From a virus (taxonomy: Duplodnaviria > Caudoviricetes): 60,463 nucleotides of DNA. Position 1 is the stretch's first letter, and each line of letters starts with the position of its first letter. Positions 17,899 to 26,275 of the stretch are shown piece after piece. The DNA lies in the IMG/VR virus record IMGVR_UViG_3300011335_000321, positions 1 through 60,463 of that record. The stretch is one strand, 5' to 3'. Below the pieces are notes generated by a model. It was not told where the DNA came from. It saw nothing but the letters and a program-made list of their open reading frames with translations, and did no database searches. The translations under genes were made by a program, and so were the position numbers.

Positions 17899-19440
17899 CT
17901 AATAGTATGCGTACGACTTGCGGCGGAAGTAATCAGGGTCATCCTTCGCATCCGTGTTCAAAGTGATAAAGCCGCCTTGCCTAAAGCGTAGCAGCGCCTG
18001 TGTGGTCGTGTCCACGAAGTCATCGTGCTCCCCAACTGGGAAAGCCGCCATCTCTTCGATCACTTCTCGTGCCCATCGTGTGTCCGGTGCCCAGACCATG
18101 CCAGAGGCAAACAAATCAGCCACTGCGTTTAATCGTACCATCTTGTCGTTGCCACGGCTAGGGTTTGTTTCCTGCACAGGAATGTCCATGGCCCGCAGTT
18201 CTTGGATCAGTGGCGCACCAGCGGCCTTCTTCTCCACGATAAACGCGTCTGGCTCCCACTCTTTGTAGTGCTTAAGCGCTGTGGCCTTCAGATCGGGGAA
18301 CGTCATGCGGTCTTTGAACGCATCCAAGAGAATAATCTGCGTTGCGTCCTTCTCTTCTTCGTTGAAAAACACGCCCCATGTGGTGCACGCTGAATAGTCA
18401 GAGTTATTCTTGGTCTCAAACGCCGTATCCCACGACTGAATGACGTAGTCGCACTGCGGTGGGTCTTCGTGCTCCCATATTCGCCACATCTTGCGCCCAA
18501 CGATGGCCGAATTCTCAGAAGTGGGCTGCTGCATGTACTGCGCGTTCCAATACCTAGGCTCAATGGACGCTTTTGTTGCTTTAAGCGCGGTCAGTGGCCA
18601 CTGCTCAGGCCACAATGACTTCTCGTCCTCGGTGTCTTCGTGCAATATGGCCGGAAGCTCCACAATTTCCCAAGGAATGGCTTCTGGGTTGCGTGCTTGG
18701 TAGTCAATCAGGCGCCCAGTGAGGTCTAACAGCGACCATCTGGTCATAATCACAATGATCGCACCACCGGGCATCAAGCGCTGAAGTGGGCCAGTCTGGA
18801 ACCAAGACCATGCAGTGTCAAACGCAAGGCGGCTATTGGCTTTTACGTCCTGTTCAGAGTGTGGGTCATCAATAACGAACAGATCAGCACCACGACCGGC
18901 CAGTGCACCGCCCACACCAGCAGCATAGTACTGACCGCCAGCAGAAGTCGACCACTTTCCTGCGGCTTTTTGGTCATCTGCCACCATTGTTTGAGGAAAA
19001 ACTTCACGGTACTCCTCCGACTCGATCAAATTTCGCACCCTACGGCCAAAGTCCTCAGACAGACCCGCGGTGTGCGTGCCCATGATAATTTTCTTATTAG
19101 GGTATTTACCTAGGAAGTACGCAGGGAACAGGTATGAGCTGAACTCAGACTTACCCATACGTGGCGCAATGTTGATAATCACGCGCTTTTTCTTGCCCTC
19201 GACCACATCTGTGAAGATTTTGGCAAGCTTCCTGTGGTGCGGCCCGATCTTAAAGCCCGGATAGACGCTCTGAGCAAACCCCAGCATGTTTGTTTTGGCC
19301 GCTTGCAAGCTAGCGCGGGCTTCGCGCATCTCCAAGTCTTGGAAGAGCTCCATCTTTTCTTGCAGTGTCATGTGCGGAAGCGCTTTGGCCATGGCCTCGA
19401 GCTCCAGCTTGCTGAGCGTTGTGAACTTCTCAGTCTTCAT
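17899..19440 (-). CDS. terL: Terminase large subunit
   Basis: Walker A APRMGKS, Walker B FVIDDP, coupling motif MTRW, RNase H-like SWDTA and HDDFVD; ATG 19440. Confidence 0.95.
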   Translation of the reverse strand: MKTEKFTTLSKLELEAMAKALPHMTLQEKMELFQDLEMREARASLQAAKTNMLGFAQSVYPGFKIGPHHRKLAKIFTDVVEGKKKRVIINIAPRMGKSEFSSYLFPAYFLGKYPNKKIIMGTHTAGLSEDFGRRVRNLIESEEYREVFPQTMVADDQKAAGKWSTSAGGQYYAAGVGGALAGRGADLFVIDDPHSEQDVKANSRLAFDTAWSWFQTGPLQRLMPGGAIIVIMTRWSLLDLTGRLIDYQARNPEAIPWEIVELPAILHEDTEDEKSLWPEQWPLTALKATKASIEPRYWNAQYMQQPTSENSAIVGRKMWRIWEHEDPPQCDYVIQSWDTAFETKNNSDYSACTTWGVFFNEEEKDATQIILLDAFKDRMTFPDLKATALKHYKEWEPDAFIVEKKAAGAPLIQELRAMDIPVQETNPSRGNDKMVRLNAVADLFASGMVWAPDTRWAREVIEEMAAFPVGEHDDFVDTTTQALLRFRQGGFITLNTDAKDDPDYFRRKSYAYY

Positions 19441-20011
19441 CGGACTTCTCTTCAGACACATCAACCACATCAATCACGCCCATGAACCTATTGAGCTTGT
19501 CCTTGATGCGGGTCTCAAGCTCTACGTCCGTCATCTCAGTCTTCTTAACCTCAACACGCTCTGTAAAGAGCGCCACTTCCGTAACCTTACCCAACATGTC
19601 TAGCGCCTTGAGCCGGATACGGGCGTCTGGGTGTTCTACTTCTTCGAGGATCTTAGCCACGGCAAAACCGCGCAGTTCTTTGGCCTGCTCCACAAACGCC
19701 CAGTCGTAGGCTGTGAGCATTCCCACTAGGTGCTGGACTGCCGCTGGAGCTTTGACGGATGTTAGCGCTTGTTGTGTTGTTGCAACGGACTGGCCTGTGA
19801 CTAGGCTTGCAAAAGACTTACGCGCTGCTTGGGCGTCTGCCTTGGTTTCAATTTCTTCATCATCTAACCCCAAGTCCTTGAGCCAGTCTGCCGTCTTGAC
19901 TTTGGCGTCGATCGTAGTTGTGGGGTCAGCTTTGTCAAACGGCAAAAGCGTAGCCGCAGTCATGTCGACCACGTCTGGGTGAAATTCGCCGTGAATAAGA
20001 TGTTCTAGCAT
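19430..20011 (-). CDS. Probable terminase small subunit
   Basis: First late gene, overlaps terL; RLKALDMLGK motif. Confidence 0.7.
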   Translation of the reverse strand: MLEHLIHGEFHPDVVDMTAATLLPFDKADPTTTIDAKVKTADWLKDLGLDDEEIETKADAQAARKSFASLVTGQSVATTQQALTSVKAPAAVQHLVGMLTAYDWAFVEQAKELRGFAVAKILEEVEHPDARIRLKALDMLGKVTEVALFTERVEVKKTEMTDVELETRIKDKLNRFMGVIDVVDVSEEKSDED

Positions 20012-20058
20012 TGCGTAGGTTGGCACCGGAGCTGCCCCTACGGGCGCTCACTTGGCGC

Positions 20059-20087
20059 TTGTTGCCTCGTTGCAGTTAGTGTACACT
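20059..20087 (+). promoter_or_regulatory. Sigma70-like promoter of the predicted sRNA
   Basis: TTGTTG-17 bp-TACACT; shares the palindrome AGTGTACACT with the late promoter. Confidence 0.5.
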
Positions 20088-20107
20088 TCTTTTCGGCAAT
20101 GGTGCAA
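20078..20107 (-). promoter_or_regulatory. Sigma70-like promoter of the late operon
   Basis: TTGCAC-18 bp-TACACT on the minus strand. Confidence 0.6.
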
Positions 20108-20180
20108 GTTTTTTGTTCTGTTGCTTCTCCTTGAGGTTCGCCTCCTTGTGGCCCCGGTCTAACCACCGGGGCTCTTTTTT
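20094..20180 (+). ncRNA. Predicted anti-Shine-Dalgarno small RNA
   Basis: Bounded by a promoter and a terminator; contains UUGCUUCUCCUUGA, the reverse complement of the early-gene RBS consensus TCAAGGAGAAGCAA. Confidence 0.6.
20151..20180 (+). terminator. Rho-independent terminator with no upstream plus-strand gene
   Basis: GCCCCGGU-CUAACC-ACCGGGGC-UCUUUUUU. Confidence 0.85.
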
Positions 20181-20188
20181 ATGGGCAA

Positions 20189-20204
20189 TGTCAAACCTTG
20201 GACA
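20189..20204. promoter_or_regulatory. TGTC-N8-GACA operator-like box, copy 1
   Basis: TGTCAAACCTTGGACA; near-identical boxes at 27098 and 36248. Confidence 0.55.
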
Positions 20205-20536
20205 AGAGTCTTTGAAAATTTTTATAGTGGGGTGGGGGGTGGCGTTTTGGCGTTGGGGAAAATGAGTTTCTGTATTGAGGGGGTGGGGTTTGAGATTTTG
20301 AAAAATTGTATTTGCGGGTGAGGAACAGTGTTCACGTGACGACCTGCCGCCCCCTTGATTTAGGGGGGATGGGAGTGGGGTGGGGTTCGCCAAAACCCGA
20401 AAAACTAGGCAAAAAACGATTCAGACTGCATCGTTTTGGGGTAGCTCAACCCCTATCGGAAGGGGGTGTATGCACAATGGAGACAGCCAATAGGGATTCG
20501 CCCTGAGGCAACAATGACATTTCAAGGAGAAACACC

Positions 20537-20920
20537 ATGTCAAAACAAAACGAAACCAAAGCCTTTGCAGTACTCAACAAATTCGCTGACTCTCGTGTAG
20601 CGCTTATCCAAGGCATGAAGGATGCAGGATTCGAGACAATCGAGGAGTGCGAGCCCATCGTCATCAAGTGGGCGTGTGCCAAGGTAGGCGCTGAGTGGCA
20701 GATCAAGGCGGAGAAGGTTCGCTTCGTCAGCACACACCCAAAGTACAACACGGCAAAGACTGTCAAGAATGACATCATGCTCATGCTCAAAGGCACGACA
20801 CGCCATGCACAATCAAACGGCAAGGCTGAACCTGCTGACAAGGTCACAAAGATTATTGAAGCTTTCAACAAGCTCACACCCGCAGAGCAACGCAAGGTTT
20901 TGAAGGCGCTGTCTGCATGA
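20537..20920 (+). CDS. Early hypothetical protein
   Basis: 127 aa, SD TCAAGGAGAA; first gene of the plus arm. Confidence 0.85.
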   Translation: MSKQNETKAFAVLNKFADSRVALIQGMKDAGFETIEECEPIVIKWACAKVGAEWQIKAEKVRFVSTHPKYNTAKTVKNDIMLMLKGTTRHAQSNGKAEPADKVTKIIEAFNKLTPAEQRKVLKALSA

Positions 20921-20953
20921 ATCCGATTCAGACTGAATCGCTTTTCCCCCCGA

Positions 20954-20990
20954 ACCGCACAAGAGAGAGGCTTGTGCGGTGTTTCATTTC
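20954..20990 (+). terminator. Hairpin / probable terminator
   Basis: ACCGCACAAG-7 nt-CTTGTGCGGT followed by GTTTCATTTC. Confidence 0.6.
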
Positions 20991-21040
20991 TTGTCCAATG
21001 CGTTTACACGCAAACCCTAAACCACTTCAAAGGAACCATC

Positions 21041-21262
21041 ATGCGTAACTACTTCATGCCCGTCATCAAAGATGTCAAGACCGTTCAACTAGGTGCAACA
21101 CGCTACTCACTCCAATACTATTACCCCAATGGCGGTAGCAACTATGTCGTCTATGTATACAAGCGAGACGCCCTGCAAGAACGAGGACGCACCTACACCC
21201 CTCAACAGTTCGATCAATGGCTCTCCAAGCAACGCATACAAGGCGATCTCTTTGATTACTGA
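21041..21262 (+). CDS. Early hypothetical protein
   Basis: ATG 21041 after AAAGGAA; 73 aa. Confidence 0.7.
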   Translation: MRNYFMPVIKDVKTVQLGATRYSLQYYYPNGGSNYVVYVYKRDALQERGRTYTPQQFDQWLSKQRIQGDLFDY

Positions 21263-21328
21263 CTGCCAAAACCGATTCAGACTGAATCGTTTGAGATTAT
21301 TGAAGTCAATAATCTTCGTTTTGTAAAC

Positions 21329-21620
21329 TGTCCGTGTGTATTGCCTACTTGCTAAGAAGCGTGTAACCCCGCAACCCGCATGAACATTGGCGTGGCTCAA
21401 TTTGCGTCCAATATATATAATTTTTTATTTATTTATATATATATAAGAGAGTATTTATGGGGGTAAGCATTTCTCCATTCTCTTGGACAAGCTTTTTTGT
21501 CCATGCCTTTTAGCACTTCAGAAAAAAACTATATACAACGGACACTTTTCGCTCAACGCTAGTGTTCATGCGGGTTCAGACCTTACACGCTTCTTAGCAA
21601 CTACCCAACACACACGGACA
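21329..21620. other. Candidate replication origin: 65-bp inverted repeat around an AT-rich core
   Basis: Arms 21329-21393 and 21556-21620 match at 54/65; AT-rich tract ~21410-21457. Confidence 0.6.
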
Positions 21621-21665
21621 TTTCATGGTAAACTTACCTACTTCTTCTCTATTGGATCAATTATC

Positions 21666-22397
21666 ATGTACGAAGACTACATCAACCTCACCCCAAACGA
21701 GCTTCATCAAAGATTGGTGAAGCGCAAGATGCACCCGCAAGCCATCAATCAAATCAAAGATGAGGTGGCAAAGCTCAAAGAAGCAAGGCGTGTGAACCGC
21801 ATCACGCTGACCCATCGCAAGGCAGAGTGGGCGAATGTGCTTGACCCGCTACGCTACGAACTCAATAGCGCCAAGGTTGGACGCAAGTATGACCTGACCG
21901 ATGAAGCTAGGGTTGAAGCGTTCGATGCCTACATTGCAGTCATGGAGAAGGTCTTAGCCAAGCTGATGCACCCATCCAAGCTACTCGAACAAACGCCCAT
22001 GCAGATAGCCAAGGAACACAACGCCCAAGGCAAGGGCTCTCCCATCACCAACGATGGTGAGCATTGGACTGACTGGGTGCCAGCTCGAATCAAGGAAAGG
22101 GTAGGGCAAGCGTTCTTCGAACTACCGCACAGACCAAAGGCAAAGCGCAAGGTTCCCTTCCAACGGGTAATGCTGCCTGACCAACACGAGGAAGCAAAGA
22201 AAAGATTATTGAAGGCGACACACAAAGAGATCGCCACGCTTGAGCGCAGACAGATGGTTGCACCAACAGACGAACGAAAGGAGAAGATCGAACGCATGAA
22301 CAAAGCAATCAAGATTATTGAAGCAATGACAGACAACGAAGCTGTACCTGCAACATGGAACACGCTAAGTGGATTGGACGAAACCGATTCAGTCTGA
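21666..22397 (+). CDS. Early hypothetical protein
   Basis: Probable ATG 21666; contains HWTDWVP; stop codon lies inside palindrome copy 4. Confidence 0.8.
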   Translation: MYEDYINLTPNELHQRLVKRKMHPQAINQIKDEVAKLKEARRVNRITLTHRKAEWANVLDPLRYELNSAKVGRKYDLTDEARVEAFDAYIAVMEKVLAKLMHPSKLLEQTPMQIAKEHNAQGKGSPITNDGEHWTDWVPARIKERVGQAFFELPHRPKAKRKVPFQRVMLPDQHEEAKKRLLKATHKEIATLERRQMVAPTDERKEKIERMNKAIKIIEAMTDNEAVPATWNTLSGLDETDSV

Positions 22398-22474
22398 ATC
22401 GTTTTATGGGGTGTTGCTTGTGACAGAGCTGTTACCCCTGCCGATACTAAATTTTTAACCCAAGGAGAAACCAA

Positions 22475-22726
22475 ATGAGTTCAATCAAAGTAATCAATGT
22501 CGAGGGCTACTGGCACTCGGACGCATCGCCTCTTGAGGGGCACTGTCTTGTCATGCCCAATGATTTGAGCGACTCGATGACCGACTACGCACTCAAGCAT
22601 CTTGTGGACAGCAACTATGTGTTCCACATCTTCGGCTCAGGTGATCGCATCTTAGGCGACCACTCGATGTTCACCATCACGGACTACACCCCCATCGAAA
22701 CAATTAACTTAGGAGCAGTGCAATGA
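22475..22726 (+). CDS. Early hypothetical protein
   Basis: SD CAAGGAGAA; 83 aa. Confidence 0.75.
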   Translation: MSSIKVINVEGYWHSDASPLEGHCLVMPNDLSDSMTDYALKHLVDSNYVFHIFGSGDRILGDHSMFTITDYTPIETINLGAVQ

Positions 22727-22947
22727 AGAAAGCTAAACACCAAACCAACGCAGAGCTAATCAACGGGCTCATGTCATACAGCAAGCAAGGCCCCCTCATG
22801 CAAGCGTTCCTCATCGAGGCGATACGCCACTACGCAGACCAGACCAAGCTCTCACCCAAGTGGGCGAACGAGGGGTTCATCAGCGAGGCGTCATGGAGAG
22901 CGTGTGCTGACGAAGCATTGGAAGCTATCAACAACAGGAGTAAGTGA
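22723..22947 (+). CDS. Early hypothetical protein
   Basis: SD AGGAG; ATGA overlap. Confidence 0.75.
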   Translation: MKKAKHQTNAELINGLMSYSKQGPLMQAFLIEAIRHYADQTKLSPKWANEGFISEASWRACADEALEAINNRSK

Positions 22948-23174
22948 TGCATGACCCCGCATACATACAGAACGAACTGTTCAAAGCATGGCGCTCAGTC
23001 ATGCAAGCAGGTGACCTTATCAATACGAATGGACTGGAGACTGAGCGCCAACACGCACACAACCAAGACATTTATGAACGCTCTCTGTCCGCTGTGACAG
23101 AGGCAGGCAAGCAAGTCCTCATTGCGTATGACTTGTTAAGTGGTATCGAGAAAACAAAAACCGATTCAGTCTGA
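22947..23174 (+). CDS. Early hypothetical protein
   Basis: SD AGGAG; stop codon inside palindrome copy 5. Confidence 0.7.
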   Translation: MHDPAYIQNELFKAWRSVMQAGDLINTNGLETERQHAHNQDIYERSLSAVTEAGKQVLIAYDLLSGIEKTKTDSV

Positions 23175-23205
23175 ATCTTTTTATATAACTCAAGGAGAAA
23201 ATCAA

Positions 23206-24936
23206 GTGACTACATCTAACAACACATATGACTGGCAAGACATGATGTCCATTATGGCTCAAGGTGCTCAAGCTATCCGCAATGTTGACCGTGACCTCAG
23301 ACGGGCGTGGCACGCTTCGGATGACGAGGATGAGATGCAAGCAATCAGCGCCAAGCGCAACGAGAGGCACTGGATCATTCGTGAGTTCGACAGGTATCCT
23401 GCACACCCCTCTGTCGAAGCAGCTATCAAGCTCGTGCGTCCCATCAACTGGCACCTGCTACTGCTTGAGCATCCGCACATATCCCAAGGTGACCGCTCTC
23501 GTATCGCATACACACAGAACGAAGCCAAGGGCAAGCGTGACATACAGACCACAACCTCTGTCGGCAAGTACTTGACGCGTCACTTCCCCCTGCCAGATCA
23601 CACCATTCGTGATCTCGTCTCACGCTATGGCTCAGCCGATACCTACAAGTTCGTGCACACCACAGCCGAGATGATCTATCACCTACACAAGGGGCCAGGC
23701 TCTTGCATGGTGTGGTCAAGCAACAAGTCTGTGCGCTGTGACGATGGTGTCAACCGACATCCATACGAGGCATACAACCCCAAGTACGGATGGCACATGG
23801 CTGTGCGTATTGCAGGTGATGAGACCATTGGTCGTGCGCTGTGTATGACTAGCCCAATAGACGGCAAGAAGTACTATGTGCGTAGCTATGCTAGACCCTC
23901 TAACGCTGGCAACTACAGCGAGACAGACAACGGCATGGAGAACTGGCTCAACGAGCAGGGCTATCAAAAGCTCCACTACTGGCGTGATGGCGAGAAGCTT
24001 GCGTATCACCCATCGAGCGATCACTTCCTTGCTCCATTCCTTGACGGCAACGAGAAGCGTGTGAGTGTTGACAGCCCCAACGAATGTTTTATCGTTGACG
24101 CCAAAGGCGAGTACATCTGCGATCAGACGGGCGGTGTGCCTACCTACGAGGACGATGACTACTTCGACTGTGAGGACTGTGGTGACCGCACCTCAGACAA
24201 TGACGGGCATTGGGTCGGCTATCACGAGGACACCCATGTGTGTGAGAGTTGCTACGAGAACGACTATGTGTATGGCTATGGTCGCAATGGTCGTGAGTAT
24301 TCGTTCCCAAGTGATCGCTCTGTGTACATCGACTCGCAGTCTGAGTACTACCACGAGGACTACCTTGATGACAACAACATCGTGTGTCTTGAGAATGGCA
24401 GTTACGAGCACATCGAGGAGGCTATCGAGATCGATGGCGAGTGGTATGACATTGACGATGAGCGTGTCTGCCGTGCCGAGGACACCGATGAGTATATGCT
24501 TGTCGACAACGGGTGCTGGCAATGCGAGGGGTCATGCAACTGGTACACCGACAGCGTTGACTTCGTTGAGGTAGACGGCAGTAAGTATCACCCTGACCAT
24601 GCACCCGAGCAGGACGATGACGAGGACAGCGACATTTGCGTGACGCTACCGCCAGTCGTGGCTGTTGCCCCTGTCGTTACTAAGCCCGAGGCAACGATGC
24701 TGACCATGGAGATGCTGAACCTGACACATATGCTATGGGACTACTCGGTCTCTATGGAGCAGGTCACAGTCAGCCTGACATACACGCACGATGGCCACAA
24801 GCTATACGCTCAGCGCGTCTTCACACAGGAGTTCGTCAATGGTGTGGACAGGACGCAGTTCAACCGCATCCTACGCAATGAGCTGTGCACCGAGCTACTC
24901 TCTCAGGCACACAAGAACTCACTCGCAACAATCTAA
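23206..24936 (+). CDS. Large early protein with acidic, Cys-rich (CxxC) repeats
   Basis: GTG 23206 after TCAAGGAGAA; CEDC, CESC, CWQC..C; Asp/Glu/Tyr-rich region. Confidence 0.85.
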   Translation: MTTSNNTYDWQDMMSIMAQGAQAIRNVDRDLRRAWHASDDEDEMQAISAKRNERHWIIREFDRYPAHPSVEAAIKLVRPINWHLLLLEHPHISQGDRSRIAYTQNEAKGKRDIQTTTSVGKYLTRHFPLPDHTIRDLVSRYGSADTYKFVHTTAEMIYHLHKGPGSCMVWSSNKSVRCDDGVNRHPYEAYNPKYGWHMAVRIAGDETIGRALCMTSPIDGKKYYVRSYARPSNAGNYSETDNGMENWLNEQGYQKLHYWRDGEKLAYHPSSDHFLAPFLDGNEKRVSVDSPNECFIVDAKGEYICDQTGGVPTYEDDDYFDCEDCGDRTSDNDGHWVGYHEDTHVCESCYENDYVYGYGRNGREYSFPSDRSVYIDSQSEYYHEDYLDDNNIVCLENGSYEHIEEAIEIDGEWYDIDDERVCRAEDTDEYMLVDNGCWQCEGSCNWYTDSVDFVEVDGSKYHPDHAPEQDDDEDSDICVTLPPVVAVAPVVTKPEATMLTMEMLNLTHMLWDYSVSMEQVTVSLTYTHDGHKLYAQRVFTQEFVNGVDRTQFNRILRNELCTELLSQAHKNSLATI

Positions 24937-24946
24937 GGAATCAATC

Positions 24947-26101
24947 ATGTCTAAACGCAAATCAAAACAACAACCCATCATCGTTCGTACACTTGAACGG
25001 GCACTATCACGCAAGCGTCCACACAATACCTTCGAGGTGTCAACCTTCACATCGTGGCTGTTCGAGCATCTGCCTACTGACCTGCGTAGCTTCTGCTTCA
25101 CCGACAAGGCGGGCAACCTTCATGTCGACAATCGCTTTGGCAAATCCAAGACGCTGTTCATTGCCCATGTGGATACAGTACACAAGGACACAGGTGTCAA
25201 CAAGATCAAGAAGACGCAGACGCATTGGTATGCAGATGGCGCACCTCTCGGTGCTGACGATGGTGCGGGCTGTGCCATGCTCATGCACCTGATCCATGCA
25301 GGTATCAAGGGCTACTACATCTTCAGCCAAGGCGAGGAGTGCGGTGGCATCGGTGCCAAGCACATCGCTACGAACCACACCCCCTTGCTCAAGCAGTTCG
25401 ACAGGGCTATTGCGTTTGATCGCAGGGGTATCGACAGCGTCATCAGTCATCAGGGTATGGGGCGCTGTGCATCAGATACATTCTGCCAAGCACTAGCCGA
25501 TGCGCTCAACGAGCACAACACCAACCTCATGTACTCGCCTGACGACACAGGTGTGTACACCGACACCGCTGAGTTCACCGAGGACATACCCGAGTGCACC
25601 AACATCAGCGTTGGCTACTACCACGAGCATGGTGATCGTGAGAACCTTGACATCGTTCACTTTGCTGCCCTTGCTGTGGCTGTGGCCAAGGTTGATTGGG
25701 AGAACCTGCCCGTTGATCGTGACCCAACTGTGCCTGACTACAAGTCATACAAGTACGGCAACTACGACACCGCATGGTGGTCAGGCTATGGCGTGTACAA
25801 GGATGACAAGGACGGCAAGACATCCAAGAACAAACAGCTTGACTGGTATGACGATGACGAGTACTTCGCTACCGAGATGCTGTTCGATGCCTTGTACGAT
25901 GCGCAAGCTGGGTATGCCGATGACCTGATCGCCATGATCGCTGAGTGTGTGTACCCCGAAGACCCAGACATGGCAGTCAAGTTCCTATCCAAGCGCAAGC
26001 TGACCGATGACTTATTAGAAGAGGCCAAGCAAATGGCCCGAGCTTATGACTCAGCCACTGTGCTGTGTACATTGTTTGACGCTATCCACTGTGAAGCATA
26101 A
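24947..26101 (+). CDS. Zn-dependent exopeptidase-fold protein (M28/M20-like)
   Basis: Metal-ligand motifs AHVDTVH, LGADDGAG, GEECG, FDRRG, GYYHEH. Confidence 0.85.
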   Translation: MSKRKSKQQPIIVRTLERALSRKRPHNTFEVSTFTSWLFEHLPTDLRSFCFTDKAGNLHVDNRFGKSKTLFIAHVDTVHKDTGVNKIKKTQTHWYADGAPLGADDGAGCAMLMHLIHAGIKGYYIFSQGEECGGIGAKHIATNHTPLLKQFDRAIAFDRRGIDSVISHQGMGRCASDTFCQALADALNEHNTNLMYSPDDTGVYTDTAEFTEDIPECTNISVGYYHEHGDRENLDIVHFAALAVAVAKVDWENLPVDRDPTVPDYKSYKYGNYDTAWWSGYGVYKDDKDGKTSKNKQLDWYDDDEYFATEMLFDALYDAQAGYADDLIAMIAECVYPEDPDMAVKFLSKRKLTDDLLEEAKQMARAYDSATVLCTLFDAIHCEA

Positions 26102-26116
26102 CCAAGGAGAAAGAAG

Positions 26117-26275
26117 ATGAAAGTAAGAGAACTAATCGCACTACTGAAAGAGTGCAACCCCGACAGGGAAGTGTATGTGTGGGTGGATGGTGACCGCTAT
26201 CCAACGCACAGCGTTGACGGCAACTTCGATGACAACATCGTAGACATCAACGCAGATACAAGGGAGAGCAAATGA
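26117..26275 (+). CDS. Small hypothetical protein (52 aa); not in the ORF track
   Basis: SD CAAGGAGAA; MKVRELIALLKECNPDREV. Confidence 0.7.
   Translation: MKVRELIALLKECNPDREVYVWVDGDRYPTHSVDGNFDDNIVDINADTRESK

Larger units (their letters stand above)
20417..23178. repeat. Five dispersed copies of palindrome CGATTCAGWCTGAATCG
   Basis: 20417-20433, 20924-20940, 21273-21289, 22385-22401, 23162-23178. Confidence 0.92.

Noticed and set aside
20076-20393. 105-aa minus-strand ORF that would explain TCAAGGAGAAGCAA as coding sequence or an RBS
   Set aside because: Low-complexity translation through G-tracts, a terminator and promoters; no start codon at SD distance after the motif
21483-21665. N-terminal extension of the 21666 gene and the mirror ORF 21107-21400, which share HAG...TRFLA..Q.TRT
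   Set aside because: The peptide similarity is a by-product of the 65-bp inverted repeat
20417-23178. Palindromic repeats as a CRISPR array
   Set aside because: Repeats are only 17 bp, spacing is irregular (350-1100 bp) and contains whole genes; no cas operon
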